In this document: in pieces, positions 51,020 through 63,735 of the stretch
How positions within the stretch are numbered: the first letter of the stretch is position 1
Layout: the number at the start of each line of letters is the position of its first letter
Notes under the pieces: generated by a model
The model's database searches: none
Told to the model about the DNA's origin: nothing
Seen by the model: the letters and a program-made list of their open reading frames with translations, nothing else
Assembly: GCA_965153285.1 (NCBI GenBank)
Contig: OZ229115.1
Strand: one strand, 5' to 3'
Source of the DNA: Podarcis tiliguerta
Taxonomy: Eukaryota
DNA: 64,000 bases
Program-made: the position numbers and the translations under genes

Positions 51020-51306
51020 TAGTGTAGCAAAGGAATACTGAAGGCCACATTGCAAGTATTAAACAGACTTAATTGGCCCCATGCAGGCTCCCTCATATCT
51101 GCTCGAAGCGACAATTTCTGTTGTCCCTGTGGTTTCTCCCGTGTAAAGGAGACGACTGGACCTTGCAGTTCTGTGAATTTTTATAAAACAAAGCTTTGTA
51201 TATACACAGAGTATACTAAAAGAATTATTTGTTACAAACAGAAAAAAAAAAGAGATACCATCAAGGTATTTTAAGATATCTTGCTGCTGACGTAAAAGAG
51301 ATTGTG

Positions 51307-51308
<2 letters not shown>

Positions 51309-51343
<35 letters not shown>
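51309..51343. repeat. (AC)n microsatellite in 3'UTR
   Basis: Seen directly. Confidence 0.9.
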
Positions 51344-51643
51344 ACGTTCCAGCCATTTTACTGCAGCAGTTTGTGAACTAAATTTGTAAATATGGCTGCA
51401 TCATTTTTTGTAGGCCTGCATTGTATTATATACAAGACGTAGGCGCTAAAATCCTGTGGGACAAATTTACTGTACCTTACTATTCCTGACAAGACTTGCA
51501 AAAAGCAGGAGAGAGATTCTGCATCAGTTTGCGGTTCACTGCAAATCTTTTCCATAAAGGTAAAGATTGAAAACCTGTCTAACCACTAGCAATCAAGCCA
51601 CAGGCCTTATTTCATATATTTCCTCAACTGTACAATGAACTGT

Positions 51644-51776
51644 NNNNNNNNNNNNNNNNNNNNNNNNNNNNNNNNNNNNNNNNNNNNNNNNNNNNNNNNN
51701 NNNNNNNNNNNNNNNNNNNNNNNNNNNNNNNNNNNNNNNNNNNNNNNNNNNNNNNNNNNNNNNNNNNNNNNNNNNN
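51644..51776. other. Assembly gap (N run) within 3'UTR
   Basis: Ns. Confidence 1.
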
Positions 51777-52419
51777 ATATTGTGAAAACGCTCTTGGTTG
51801 CACATATGCTACAAGCTGTCCGCCCCCCCGCCCCCCTTTTACACTTGGTTCATAGTAGCGTAATATGTTTAAAAAGTTCTATCAATTTTCACTTCTTTTT
51901 CACTGTAAACAGTGCTCTGCTTTGACGTTAGTATTTCTTCTTATGTTTTAAATTTCTTATTGCCAAAAGAACATATATATTTTTTCCGGGCAGAATTCTT
52001 TTAGACGCCAATTAATTTCATGCCTTGCACACTATGAAATTTGGGTTGATGTTGTGCTTTTTTAAAAAAAAGAAAAATCTATATCAGGTTATAAATCACT
52101 TCCCTTTTCATTCTTTTAACTTTGAGGAAGGCTGAAAGGAAGGGAAGTGGCCAAAGGGACAGACATACTAGTGAATCTCAAACAAACTAATGAATTAAAG
52201 GTGCCTGACCTTTTTAAGCTAAGAGAAAACATAAATACTCTTCCATATTCCTCCTGCCTATATTTAGTAATTAATTTATTTTATGATAAAAGATCTAATT
52301 AAATGTACATTGTTTCAGGTTTTTTTTTGCTTTTTTTTTTTCAATCCCTTTGTGTAAACCTGTTAATAATGACCCCATCACTAATATCCAATGTAAAGTT
52401 TAACACCTGTTTGACAGTA

Positions 52420-52425
52420 AATAAA
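52420..52425 (+). terminator. Polyadenylation signal AATAAA
   Basis: Canonical hexamer with upstream TGTA elements and a downstream T-rich tract. Confidence 0.75.
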
Positions 52426-53602
52426 TGTGAATTTTTTTTCCAAATAGGTAAAACGCTCTTTCTTACATATGAGTCATGAGCTCGATTATTCACCGTGTGA
52501 GCTGGCTAAATTCAGCTTAGCGTCACTCCCTTACAGTTCTCAATTTATATGGAGAGGTCTGGTGTAGGAGCTGCCTATATATCTCTATTGAATAGAGGTC
52601 ATTGCTGCTACTTGATATTCTAGTCATAGTCACATATGATCAAGATCAGAAACATGAGCTCTGTTACAAAAGTGTTCGGCAGCCTCCTCCATTTACATAA
52701 CAGATTTTTTAAAAAATTCAAATAGGAATATGATTTATTTAAAAATAAAATAGGATGCAAACTCTGCAGTCATATTTCAGGCAACTGTAATTATATGGCT
52801 ATAATTAGTGATAAAGATAAGCTCCGGTCGCAGGGAGAGAGAAAATACTAATATTGCAGCATTTATAGGAGTGCCGTGAATATTCAGGGCCTTGCAAAAT
52901 ATGGTAAATCACCACCGTCTTTTGTGATATGCAAATTAGCATTTCTGTTATTACTCCTATTAGCAAATGGGGAATCGAGGCAGGAAGCTGATACTTTGCC
53001 CAAAGCTTTATAGCATGAAGTGGGATTTAATTTTAGATGCACTACTTTGGAACTGTCTGTTCATTCCTTTTCACTAAATTGCCCGTAGATTACTCGAGAT
53101 TCCGGGTTTTCATTTGCAAAAGCTTGGATTATACTGATTTTTTGCTAAATTTTTGCATTCTTCCCTCCCCGCTCACCACTTTTGTTGTTGCAACCCCGAC
53201 TGTTAGAAAAATCAAATTCACACAGGTACTTTTATATATTCATTTTGCCAGCATTTTCCTTAATTACAGCTATTTGGTACAATCCACCAGTAAGTTCTGC
53301 AGAAGCGCCATTGGCTTGCGTTCCTCAACTTCCCAATGGCCTTTACATATTGATTAATGGGATTTCATCAAAAGAAAGCTTTTGTGATTTATAGCTGCTG
53401 TGCATGCCTAAGGAAGGACCAGCAAATGCACATTGGGTTTTATCACGAGTTAGGGGTTCCCCCATGATTGCTTCAGATCAGAATGATTTCCTAAGCTCAA
53501 CTGGTGTTAATTTCTTTGCAAGGATATCAGTAGCACCCTCCTTGATCCTTACGTCTGTGTGCACTTCATAGTCAAAGTACTTGGTGGCTATATGGGGTAA
53601 AC

Positions 53603-53858
53603 CATGGGTAGGCAAACTAATGCCCGGGGGCCAGATCCAACCCAATTGCCTTCTAAATCCGGCCCGCAGACAGTCCAGGAATCAGCGTGTTTTTACATGA
53701 GTAGAATGTGTCCTTTTATTTAAAATGCATCTCTGAGTTATTTGTGGGGCATAGGAATTAGTTCATTTCCCCCCCCCCCTTTCAAAATATAGTCCGGCCC
53801 CCCATAGGTCTGAGGGACAGTGGACCGGCCCCCTGCTGCAAAAGTTTGCTGACCTCTG
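53603..53858 (-). mobile_element. Non-autonomous hAT/Charlie element (256 bp)
   Basis: TIRs CATGGGTAGGCAAACT / AGTTTGCTGACCTCTG; perfect 8-bp TSD GGGTAAAC; second copy at 62468. Confidence 0.9.
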
Positions 53859-56435
53859 GGGTAAACCATAAATTAATATGGGTCATAAGCTAGAATTACG
53901 ACACAGCTGTCATCTGTGCTTAAGGGCCTGGGAATCACTAATATCCAAAGCATCTTATATGAACATCTTTGTTGGGAGGACAACCAGTTGTCCAAGTCTT
54001 TCTGTAGATGCAACCTATGGTTATTAAGTTTTGCCATATTGTGGTATGTGGGGAATGCAATTGGTAGCGCATTGTTTGAGCATTAGCGCAGAACGTTAGA
54101 GGCACATGATGCAGTTAGCAGATCTGGTCCTGTGAACTGCCCAGAATGAATTCCCAAAAGCCATGTGTTGCAAGGTGCCCTGAGCTCTTTGGGGCTAACA
54201 ACAAAGTCCAGCTAATAAATAAAGTGTACTTACCTCATATACAACTGGTTTCCATGAGCCTACAAAAGAGAGAAAAAAGACCGTTCATTCGAATCTTCAC
54301 CGCTGCTGTAGCAGTCAATACCAACTGACAACGAAAGAACTATGTAAAGGAAGTGAGCAGATAATTATACTTGAGAATTATACAATTCTTTTGTGAGCTG
54401 TTTCTTATTACGACAATTGCTATTAATTATGTAGAGAAATTATCAATATATATGATGCTAAACAAGATTAAGTTAAACATCCGTGCTAGAAGCTAGATGA
54501 ACAAAAAAGGACAGAAAAGGAAGAGTGGAAAAGACAGGTGGAAACAGATAAGACCAAACAGAATTTACAGGCATATTTAATTCATAAGAGTTGCGTTCGT
54601 TTGGTGATCACTTATTTAATGCTCTATTATTCATTGATTGTTTAGGATGCTAACTAACTGAATAGTTTCTCTCTTTTTGCCGCCTTTGTTATAAAGAAAT
54701 CTGCAGTTAGTCTGATGTGCTTAAAATAATATAACATTCTTATTGTTATTGTTTTTTAATTACACAAACCACCATGGATAAATAGTGCGAGAAAATAGCT
54801 CTGCTATAGTTTTTGCAGAATTTATTTATTGCCATGGGGCTGGGATGAGTACTCCGGCGTTACAAGGAAATTCAGAACTAAACAAAACGCTCAGAAAATG
54901 GTAAGGAAATGATATATTGCGTTGCTTGGTGTGTGGGGGTGTGTGGTTTTTAAAAACCTAGCATTCAACGCTTACAAGAGCGCTGCAACAAAGAGGGAGT
55001 ATGCATCCACAAGGAATCATTGTAGTTAAAGGACGAGGACATCCGGCTACTCCTTGCTAATGACTTTGACATTAGTTCGAGACCTTGTTTGTAATCTATG
55101 AAACGTATTTGTCACCTTTTAAAGAAAAGAAAAAAGCATCCATGGATTGGAACCTTATTCTGAAGGCAAAAGTCTTAATAGCCACAGTATATCTCAAATT
55201 GGGGGAATCTTAACCAGGCTCATTTAACTTAGGGGGAAGACAAGGAAGAGTAAGTTATGTAGCAACATTGCATAAAAACAAACAATAAATGCAGCATGGA
55301 GGCATGAAGATTATAGCTGGTTGTCATCTCAAGAATCGGAAGGGTGGAAATGAACCACACTGTAGCTGGAGTCACATGGCAGTTTATTTCCTTTTCATAA
55401 CTTTTCCCTTATATTTGAGCTTTCAGATGATGTGCTCACTTCCGTGTTACTTGCTTCGGGGGGGGGGAGTGTTTGCAAATTGTATGAAAATGAGTGCTAC
55501 GCTTGCGATATATTCCACAACAGTTCCCAAAATGCCTTTCACTGTGTGTGAAGGCTCAAATACAACATGAAAATTAACAGTTAGGGAAGCATTGTGAAAA
55601 TGGAATAAACTTCCATCTGACTACAGCTTGTGTCCTCTCTGAGCTCCTTGCCAGCCTCACCCTGCCATTGCTTGGTTGGGGAACAGTATTTCACAGGCTT
55701 TGTTTCTGCCTCTTGCTTGCAGCCACACAAGGCGGCAGGCAGCAAACGCAACTCAGTGCTCCCCCAGTAATTTCCACTGCCCAGGCTTTGCCAAGCCAGT
55801 AATGGGCCCTTTCTCTTCAGTGCAGGCTGGCCATGGATATAGAAGGCTGTTCTGTACAAAGACAAAATATTGCGTGGCACTTCACCTTTCCCTACCTCAA
55901 GATTAAATGAGCTATGAATTGTAAGGTTCTTTTATGCTATAGTGTGTCATAGAACTTTCAAATGTTTTATTTTTAAAGGTATTTTATTCATGCCAAAGTA
56001 TGCCAACATCCCTTTTGACTGTATTACATCTCTGCTTCTTTTCAAACACTGACCCTAGCAAGCATTATGGACAGGCCACTATCCCTATGGAACAATGGGC
56101 TAATATTGAAAGATCTGAACATCTACTTTTTCTCCTTGGCTTAATTGCTTGAAGGAGGTTTTTGTTGATTGGGTTTCTGCTGCTATTGGCTTCTGTTAAA
56201 CTGCAGTAACTCTGGATTGGCTGCTCATCTCATTAGCTGCTGGTTTTGTTATTTTACCTGTGATTAATATTCAGGTCTTTAATTGGAAGACACCGTAAGG
56301 AAGTTTACTCCTAAAAGATGGCACATTAATATTTTAATAAACAGGCAAGAACAGAGGAGCTGCCATAGACCAAGACAGAATATTTCTCCATCTAACTTGA
56401 TATTATCTACTCTGACTGGCATCAGCTATCTAGGG

Positions 56436-56565
56436 CAGCCTTCTCCAACTTTGTGTCCTCCAGATTTCCTGGATTCCCAACGCCCATCCACCCCTGCATG
56501 GTCAGTGGTCAGCAATGATGGACGTTATCAGATAAATCAGGAGGGCACCAGCTTGGGAAAGGTTG
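56436..56565. mobile_element. Degenerate hAT MITE (related to 7440) apparently nested in a Squam3-like SINE (about 56388-56655)
   Basis: CAGCCTTCTCCAACTT...CTCCAGAT and GGAGGGCACCAGCTTGGGAAAGGTTG ends; SINE-like flanks. Confidence 0.55.
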
Positions 56566-57469
56566 TAGGTATGGTTTGCCTCTCTCACCCGCTACCTGGT
56601 CCTTAAACTGGTAACTCCAGCTATTGAACCAGGTATTTTTCTGTCTACCAAAAGCCTGTCCAAAAGCCCGCTGTGCAAAAGTATTCGTTTTACTACAGGC
56701 ATAATTCTACCTGCTTTGGAGAAACAGAAAGATCTGACCTTGACCTCATGGAAACCCTGAGAAAGATGTCTTTGTTTGCTTAAAAAATTGCCTTTTAATG
56801 CGGCTTTAGTGGCTACATTAGTGACACACAGATTGCTTTCAGTGTGCCATGCAAGATTGCTTGCCATTTATTTGGAATAGCATTCCTCATCCATTTCTAT
56901 TTTCATAGTGTTAAAAGCCTGCACCTTGTGTGGCAATCGGTCATTAGCGATTTTTGAATGAAACTTTACAAGACACGTCTTGCAGGAATTCTACAGACAG
57001 TCCTAGCTGTAAGCTTTCTTAATGGAGTCGAACACTTCATTCCCCACCTGCACAGTGGAGGTAACATCTGTTTATAACCTCGACTTGGCGGAAGATTATT
57101 GCACTTTTACACCCTGATGCAAACTGGAGAAAGCAGTTGCCCAGGAGGCAGAAGCATATTTCTGACCCATTCTAGTAAATGCTGTGAGAATGGTAGGCAG
57201 CAGTATGGGCACCCCAAACAACACAAGCAGTAGTGGTGGTTTGTCCCCATTGGGACTGGTAGGGTGGAAGGCAGGGAGGCCAACAGGCAAAGCCCAGAGC
57301 CAATGATCAGCAGAGCCAGAAGCCCATAATGGGGGAACCAACTGATTTAACTCCATCTGCCTCCCTCTACAAGGACAAAACAGACTGGGGAGGTGGAAGG
57401 GGCACCCCTTGGGCTGAATGTAAGCAAAAAGACAGGCATGGGTGGTCTGGCTGAGTGCAGACTGAGATT

Positions 57470-57770
57470 ATCCACATTCGCACCATATATCTAAAGAAAC
57501 AGCCATGATTTCTCCAAACGATTTGGGGAGCTGTAGTTTGTTAAGGATGCTGGGAAGCCTTAGAAGAATCCTATTCCCACCGCAGAGTACAATTACCAGA
57601 GTTCTCTGGGAAGGGGCATTGATGGCTGAACCACTTTGGGCACTGTGAGTTCTGAGAGGGGAACGGTGGTCTTTTAGCAACTCATAGCACCCTCAACAAT
57701 TTTGATTATTTGGGAGAAGCCATTCCTATTTAAAGTGGTATGCTGCTGCTTTAAATGTACAGTGCTTAAG
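57470..57770. mobile_element. Palindromic DNA-transposon-derived repeat, family uncertain
   Basis: Quasi-symmetric ends (CACCATATATCTAAAG / CTTTAAATGTACAGTG) and internal symmetry; boundaries approximate. Confidence 0.5.
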
Positions 57771-58311
57771 GGCCCACAACATTGGAAGGAATGTCAGAGG
57801 ACTCTAGACCCTGCTGATGCAGCAATGCCACTACTACAGCATCCTTGAAAAGTGGCGATCCAATCTCTGCTGGTTTCAAGTGGTATCATGGTGCTTTCGA
57901 TGTATGACATTAATTCTACCATTGGTGAGGGGTGTTCTAATTGCCCCTCTCACCCCCATTTTCCTTAGCAATGCGCCATGCCTCATTTTCCTTAGTAAGG
58001 CTTTTTCGATGTTCTGAGACAAAATAACACCCATTCCCCCCTCACACAAACTTTGTTCCTCAAGGCTACTGACTCCGAGCACCATAAAATAGGCTGCGAT
58101 TCTATGCATCACTGACAGGAGTTGGAAGCAATGAAACAGAACCAACCTTAGCTGTGTTTGCCTGTGTGTGCTTGCACAAGCATTTAAAAATGGTTTTCAA
58201 AGAGGCAGCCTTCTGCCTATGCTATTCACACCTGCAATTAACACACAGGTGGCACCAGCGTACCCCCCCCCCAAAATACAACAACAATTAATTCATAAGC
58301 GCATTTACACA

Positions 58312-58408
58312 AACCGTGTGAAGTTCTGGTGGCTGCATCTCAGAAGAGATACTGTGGAACTGGAAAAGATGCAGAAAGGGGCCGTCAAACTGAACAAGTG
58401 TCTGGGCG
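58312..58408 (+). mobile_element. CR1 ORF2 fragment
   Basis: Translates VKFWWLHLRRDTVELEKMQKGAVKL, similar to the CR1 motif VQFWSPHLKKDI.ELEKVQKRATKM. Confidence 0.75.
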
Positions 58409-58706
58409 GAAAGAGTGATAATATTAATATTTTAGCCCAAAATTAATGGTGGATAAGGTGGTCTTATAGTCACGATGGATATAGCCTCCAGTACCTTTGT
58501 TGGTGGGTACGATTATTCTGAATAGTAGTTACTAGGGAGAATATGCAGGCGATTGCTAAGGTGTTCTGTCCTTGTCAGCTTCCCATAAGCAACTGCTCAG
58601 CCATTGTGGGAACAAAACCCTGTTGGTGTGATCTAGCTTCTTATTTCTCATATTTTGTTTTGCATACGCTCTTCTATACCTAATTCATTCTGCTTCTACT
58701 GCAAGA

Positions 58707-58849
58707 GCATCCTGCAGCCAATTGGAAGCCGCGTCGGACCTTCGGCTTCAGAAAATCATTCAAAAACCGGAACAATCACTTCCAGTTTTCGATCGTTCAG
58801 GAGATGAAACATTTGAGTTCAAAGGTGTCCGGCTTCCAAAGTTCCACTG
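58707..58849. mobile_element. Truncated Tc1/mariner (Tigger-like) MITE
   Basis: One end GTTCCACTG-TA; CpG-rich core resembling the 62180 class. Confidence 0.5.
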
Positions 58850-59213
58850 TACTTATTAGAAATGCTAATATGCTATACAAAGTCCCATCCCCTAACTAGG
58901 GAATATTTTCTTTTTAGCAGCAATTTTTCACCACGCATTAACCACACTGTGTCAAGAATATTTATGCAATCACCAAGAGGGCTAGAAACTTGCTTTGGGA
59001 GGGGGGTAAACGAAGAGTGAAATGTTTTGGAAGTTGAACATTGTGAAAATGTGCTTTTTGGTAGAATCTCACAATACACGGAATGCTGAGTGTTTGCCTC
59101 GTCTTTTTTCAATACATGATTCATGCACCCAGTGTGGCTGAAGAACTGCGCCATAATGACTGAGTCTCATTAAAATTCAAAATTATGAAATGGTGTCTCT
59201 GTGTCAGTGTGTC

Positions 59214-59215
<2 letters not shown>

Positions 59216-59251
<36 letters not shown>

Positions 59252-59257
59252 GTGTGT
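59216..59257. repeat. (TG)n microsatellite
   Basis: Seen directly. Confidence 0.9.
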
Positions 59258-60145
59258 ATAAGGAGGAGTAAAGAAGGAAGCATATCTTTCAGACCACACT
59301 ATTGCCTGGGATTTCGCCATCACTTCAGGGACAAGTGCCTGGAGATGAGAAAATGCCCCATGCTGCTTATAGTTAAAGAGGGCTCTAATTACATGCTGTC
59401 CTGGTGATTGTTCTATGGAGTGATAGATGCTGTATTTAAGTACATTTCATCTAACAATTTCTGGGGCGATTGTGAATTAGAAAATCAAGGCCGACTTGCT
59501 CACAGATTATTCTGTTCTGGCTTCTGTGCTCTTTGTCTCCTTAATTCATGCTCCCTCTAGCTTGCAATTTTAATTAGCACCTGCTTCCATCGCATGTGGG
59601 TTATGGCAAGACTGTGTCACTACACACAGCCGTGGGAATGTCAGGTTCCATTTGCTACAGTAAGTTGCGATCCCAAGCAGACTTGACACGGAAGTTCCGC
59701 TGCAAACATCTGGACCTAAATAGTTAAGGGATTGTGGTGACCACGTCCCAGACACCAGAAATACATCTGCATGCAGCAGTGGTGTGTGATCAGTGGACTA
59801 GGGGGACTAGGCTAGCCCCCTAAATGTTCCTAGTAAATTAGAGTATTAAAAGCCTGCACTTTCTTCCCAAAGTCTAGGAAGCTTCTGCCCAGCTTTAGAG
59901 AAAGAGGTACGATGCTCACGTGTGCAATGTTGGGAAGTCACAACCTCACACACGTGACGTCCCCCCCCATCACCCTCACAAGCTGGCACCTCAGGTCCTA
60001 ACTGTTCCCCTATAAAATATTTCACCGCTGGCATGCAGTACCATTCAGATGTCTGGTGCCTGTCATACACTTGCGCCCTGAAGCAGTGAGCCACCAGCAT
60101 AACCATTCATGAGTTGTCAGCTGTTGGGAGTAGAAGTGGTCCTTA

Positions 60146-60515
60146 GGGACACAGGTGGAGCTGTGGTCTAAACCACCGAGCCTCTTGAGCTTGCCGATCA
60201 GGTCGGTGGTTCAAATCCGCACTACGGGGTGAGCTCCCGTTGCTCTGTCTCAGCTCCTGCCAACCTAGCAGTTCGAAAACACACCAGTGCAAGTAGATAA
60301 ATGGGTACTGCTGTGGTGGGAAGGTAAACGGCATTTCCATGCACTCTGTATTCCGTCACGGTGTTCCGTTGCGCCAGAAGCAGTTTAGTCCTGCTGGCAA
60401 CATGACCCGGAAAGCTGTCTGTGGACAAACGCCGGCTTCCCCGGCCTGAAAGTGAGATGAACGCTACAACCCCATAGTCGCCTTAACCGTCGAGGGATCC
60501 TTTACCTTTTAACTT
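60146..60515 (+). mobile_element. Full-length Sauria SINE
   Basis: tRNA-like head (GGTTCAAATCC B-box), CCTGCCAACCTAGCAGTTCGAAA core, ACCTTT-type tail; 13-bp TSD TAGAAGTGGTCCT at 60131-43 and 60516-28. Confidence 0.9.
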
Positions 60516-61687
60516 TAGAAGTGGTCCTATGATGGAGAAGCACAAGCAAAGGAGGCGCCTTACAAATTGGTATTGAATTAGGATTTATTCTGCAGGGGGA
60601 AAGATCCCCCAAAGCCAAGCGTATTTCAAAGGCCCTGAATCCCAGAGTTTGTGTCCTTCAAGAAAGCATCTTTCTAGAAAGAGTATCTCAAGAAAATTTA
60701 TTCTTGAAAGGAGAAAGCTCCAACATTCATTGCCCTTGAAGAGCATTTTAATAATATTGGATCAAACCTGGAATGCAGATTTGAGCTTTATTGTTAATGT
60801 CACTAAACTCCTTGCAATGGTAATTTTCTGTTCTTTCCCGCGATCTAGATTCTTGCCTGTAAGAGTTTATCTGCTGTTTTCCCAGCTGTGTCTTCTGTAC
60901 TCATCTTCTCCCGCTTTCTTTTCCTGTGCTAGTTTTGGAACTAACATAGCTTTGTTTGTTAACCTTAACAGACGGACACACTGATAATTATTTTCTAAAA
61001 TAAGAAATAGAGGAGGCGGGGTTTAGGTGCTGTTGTACAGCCAACATTTCAGATGAGCTCCTTGAATTGTAGAAGTTGAGGCTTTTCTTTCATTTATTTC
61101 TACTAACTCTAGAGTCAAGAGTTTTTATTAACGCATCCTTCAATTTCGAATCATGCTACTTTTATGTTCGTTTTTAAAAGCTTCATTTGATGGTAAATGT
61201 TCAAGAAAAGGTTATTGAGCTCATTCAGGATTCTCCCCTCTGTGCTATCCATTTACCAAGACAGTACTGATAGTTGAATAACTGGATTTTATTTTTTTTA
61301 AGCAAGCTAAACTATAATAAATTGCATTGAGTCTTCTTAACAAACAACTTTAACCTGAAGGCATTCACTTCTGTTAAGTAAATCTCTTATCCCATTACCT
61401 TTTAAAACACTTTTTTTAAAAAATAAAGGAAGAGATTAGGAAACATCGGCTAGGTTCCAGTGCCTCAATGATGAGTTGTATCTCTTCTTTCAGACTACCT
61501 GCAGCAGTATTGAGACCATTAATATGGCACGGTTTGATCTTGAGGTGCCACTGGGCTGCATGCCTCAAGAAGAAAATCAATAGAGCAGACAGAACGGATG
61601 AGATGCTAGATTCAATATTTTGTTATCTAAAGAGATCTGGGAGGGAGGAGTTTGTGAGGGTACAAAACATGAGAAAGTAGCCACACT

Positions 61688-61802
61688 GGAAGTTGCCTTC
61701 GGAGCCCAGACCACTGCTGTATGCACGCTGTGACTCTTCAGGATTGAATCTGGGACCTTCCCATGCCAAACAGAAGCTGTACCACTAAGCTGCAGCCCTT
61801 CT
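61688..61802 (-). mobile_element. Squam3-like SINE, internally deleted
   Basis: GGAAGTTGCCTT end and GGATTGAATCTGGGACCTT...CCACTAAGCT reversed tRNA head. Confidence 0.6.
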
Positions 61803-62179
61803 CTAAACCTCTTGTGGTGAAATTCTTGTGTGGATTTTGTGGTGCTGTGTGCGGCGGTAAAATACCTGCCAGCAACATGCCAGCAAGAAGGCTGTCTGAA
61901 TGACAAGACTATTCAAATTTGTTAAGACACAGAACGGAGAACTGAGCTTGGTACTCAGTATCAGGCTTGAATCCAGCATAGTGCTAAGTATACATCCTCT
62001 CAACTCAAGGATTTCCACTTGTGAAATGGGACTTTCTCACTTCTTCTCAGCCTGCATGCGCCCAATGTCCTCCCCAACTCTGCTCCAGATTGCTCCTGAG
62101 GACAGATTTTGAGGGAAGTGCAGGACAGTTACTTAGTGCTATGTTGTATGCAAGCCACATGTATTTTACAAGGCTAGTA

Positions 62180-62413
62180 CAGTGGTACCTCTGGATGCAA
62201 ATGGGATCCGTTCCGGAGCCCCATTCGCATCCTGAGCAGAACGCACCCCGCGTCTGCGCGTGTCGTGATTCGCCGCTTCTGCGCATGACGTCATTTTGAG
62301 CGTCTGCACATGCGGCGAAACCCGGAAGTAACACATTCCATTACTTCCGGGTTGCCGTGGAACACAGCCTGAAAATGTTCAACCTGAAGCATATTTAACC
62401 CAAGGTATGACTG
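62180..62413. mobile_element. Tc1/mariner (Tigger-like) MITE
   Basis: TA TSDs; TIR CAGTGGTACCT / AGGTATGACTG; internal palindrome AACCCGGAAGTAA...TTACTTCCGGGTT. Confidence 0.85.
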
Positions 62414-62467
62414 TACCGTAGATTCAAACCTGCCTATTTTCAGCTTTCAGCCACATCGCTATAAACA

Positions 62468-62638
62468 CAGGGATCAGCAACCTTTTCCAGCCGTGGGGCA
62501 GTTCATCGTCCCTCAGACCATGTGGTGGGCTGGACTATATTTTTTGGGGGGAAATATGAACAAATTCCTATGCTCCACAAGTAACCCAGAAATGCATTTT
62601 AAATAAAAGGACACATTGTACTCATGTAAAAACATGCT
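62468..62638 (+). mobile_element. One-ended copy of the 53603 hAT element
   Basis: Shares GTCCCTCAGACC...ATGCATTTTAAATAAAAGGACACATT.TACTCATGTAAAAAC. Confidence 0.85.
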
Positions 62639-62874
62639 TCTGGCGCAACGGGACACCATGATGTGAGCCAGAGCACACAGAAATGCCATTTACCTTCCCG
62701 CCACAGCAGTATCTATTTATCTACTTGCGCTGGTGTGCTTTTGAACTGCTAGGTTGGCAGAAGCTGGGACAAAGCAATAGGAGTTGACTCCATCATGGGG
62801 ATTTGAACTGCCAACCTTCTGATTAGTAAGCCCTAGAGGCTCAGTGGTTTAGACCACAACACCAACTGCGTCCC
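62635..62874 (-). mobile_element. 5' part of a Sauria SINE
   Basis: Reverse complement of about 60146-60385. Confidence 0.85.
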
Positions 62875-63300
62875 ATCTTTAAAGACAACATCATTAGTCA
62901 TCCTCAAGCTGCCAACCTGTTGAAGCTTAATGCACACAAACAGTTAGGCTCAAAACGGCACATTATGATTCTTAATCCTATGCCCATTTATTTATTTATG
63001 AACTCAATGGGACTTGCTTCTGAGTAGATATACGCATATGGTGTTGTTATGTGGATTAGTAGTCTGCTGGCCATATTTATTAAATTTATTTAAAATATTG
63101 TAGGCTGTCCTTTAGGGTCAAATCCATTCATAACAGTATCCAGCACAGAAATTGAGAATATGATCAATAACAAAAAAACCAAAGGGTTAGGGATGCTTGC
63201 TGTTAAACCTCCCCTAGGTCCTTTTTCATTTAAAAATACCCTCCCCCAAGCTATTACTTCATCTTTAGAGAAAGGAAGATGTGTATTCCTCATATCCCAC

Positions 63301-63735
63301 TGTCAGGGAACTGCCATCAGTGTCCGAGGGAGAGCGCAAGCTCCAAAGGGTTCCCAGAGAGCGTCCCGGGATTGGGAGAGGCAGCCCGTCTTCTGGGGAA
63401 GAGAATCAACGTAGCTCCATTGGAGAAGGGGGGCAGATGGGGGAATCGGCGAGGCGGTCCCATGACTCCTTGCCGGGGACCAGCGGGGAGAGGAAGGGTC
63501 CTCCGCTGCCTATGCCCTCCTTGCGCAGAAGGCTTCCGCGCAGGGAGAGTAGGCGAAGACTTGGCGTCAAAGAGCTTCTTTGCTGGAAGAAGTTTAAGAA
63601 ACGCCCACTGACAGATTCTGCCAGCGATTGAGACAGCCACGGGCGAGTGGCTGCCCGGACAGGAAAGGTTCACTAAGGTAACCCAACCAGAGGGTGGGAC
63701 AAGCTTACGCACGAGCAACCCCTAGAACCATTACA
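63301..63735. mobile_element. Solo LTR (435 bp), Gypsy- or ERV-like
   Basis: TGT...ACA termini; perfect 5-bp TSD CCCAC at 63296-300 and 63736-40; GC/CpG-rich island in AT-rich flanks. Confidence 0.8.

Larger units (their letters stand above)
51020..52445 (+). other. ADGRL2: ADGRL2 3'UTR (contains an assembly gap)
   Basis: AU-rich unique sequence between the stop codon and AATAAA; 3' end approximate. Confidence 0.75.

Noticed and set aside
60146-60230. tRNA-like A/B boxes as a tRNA gene
   Set aside because: They are the head of a TSD-flanked Sauria SINE
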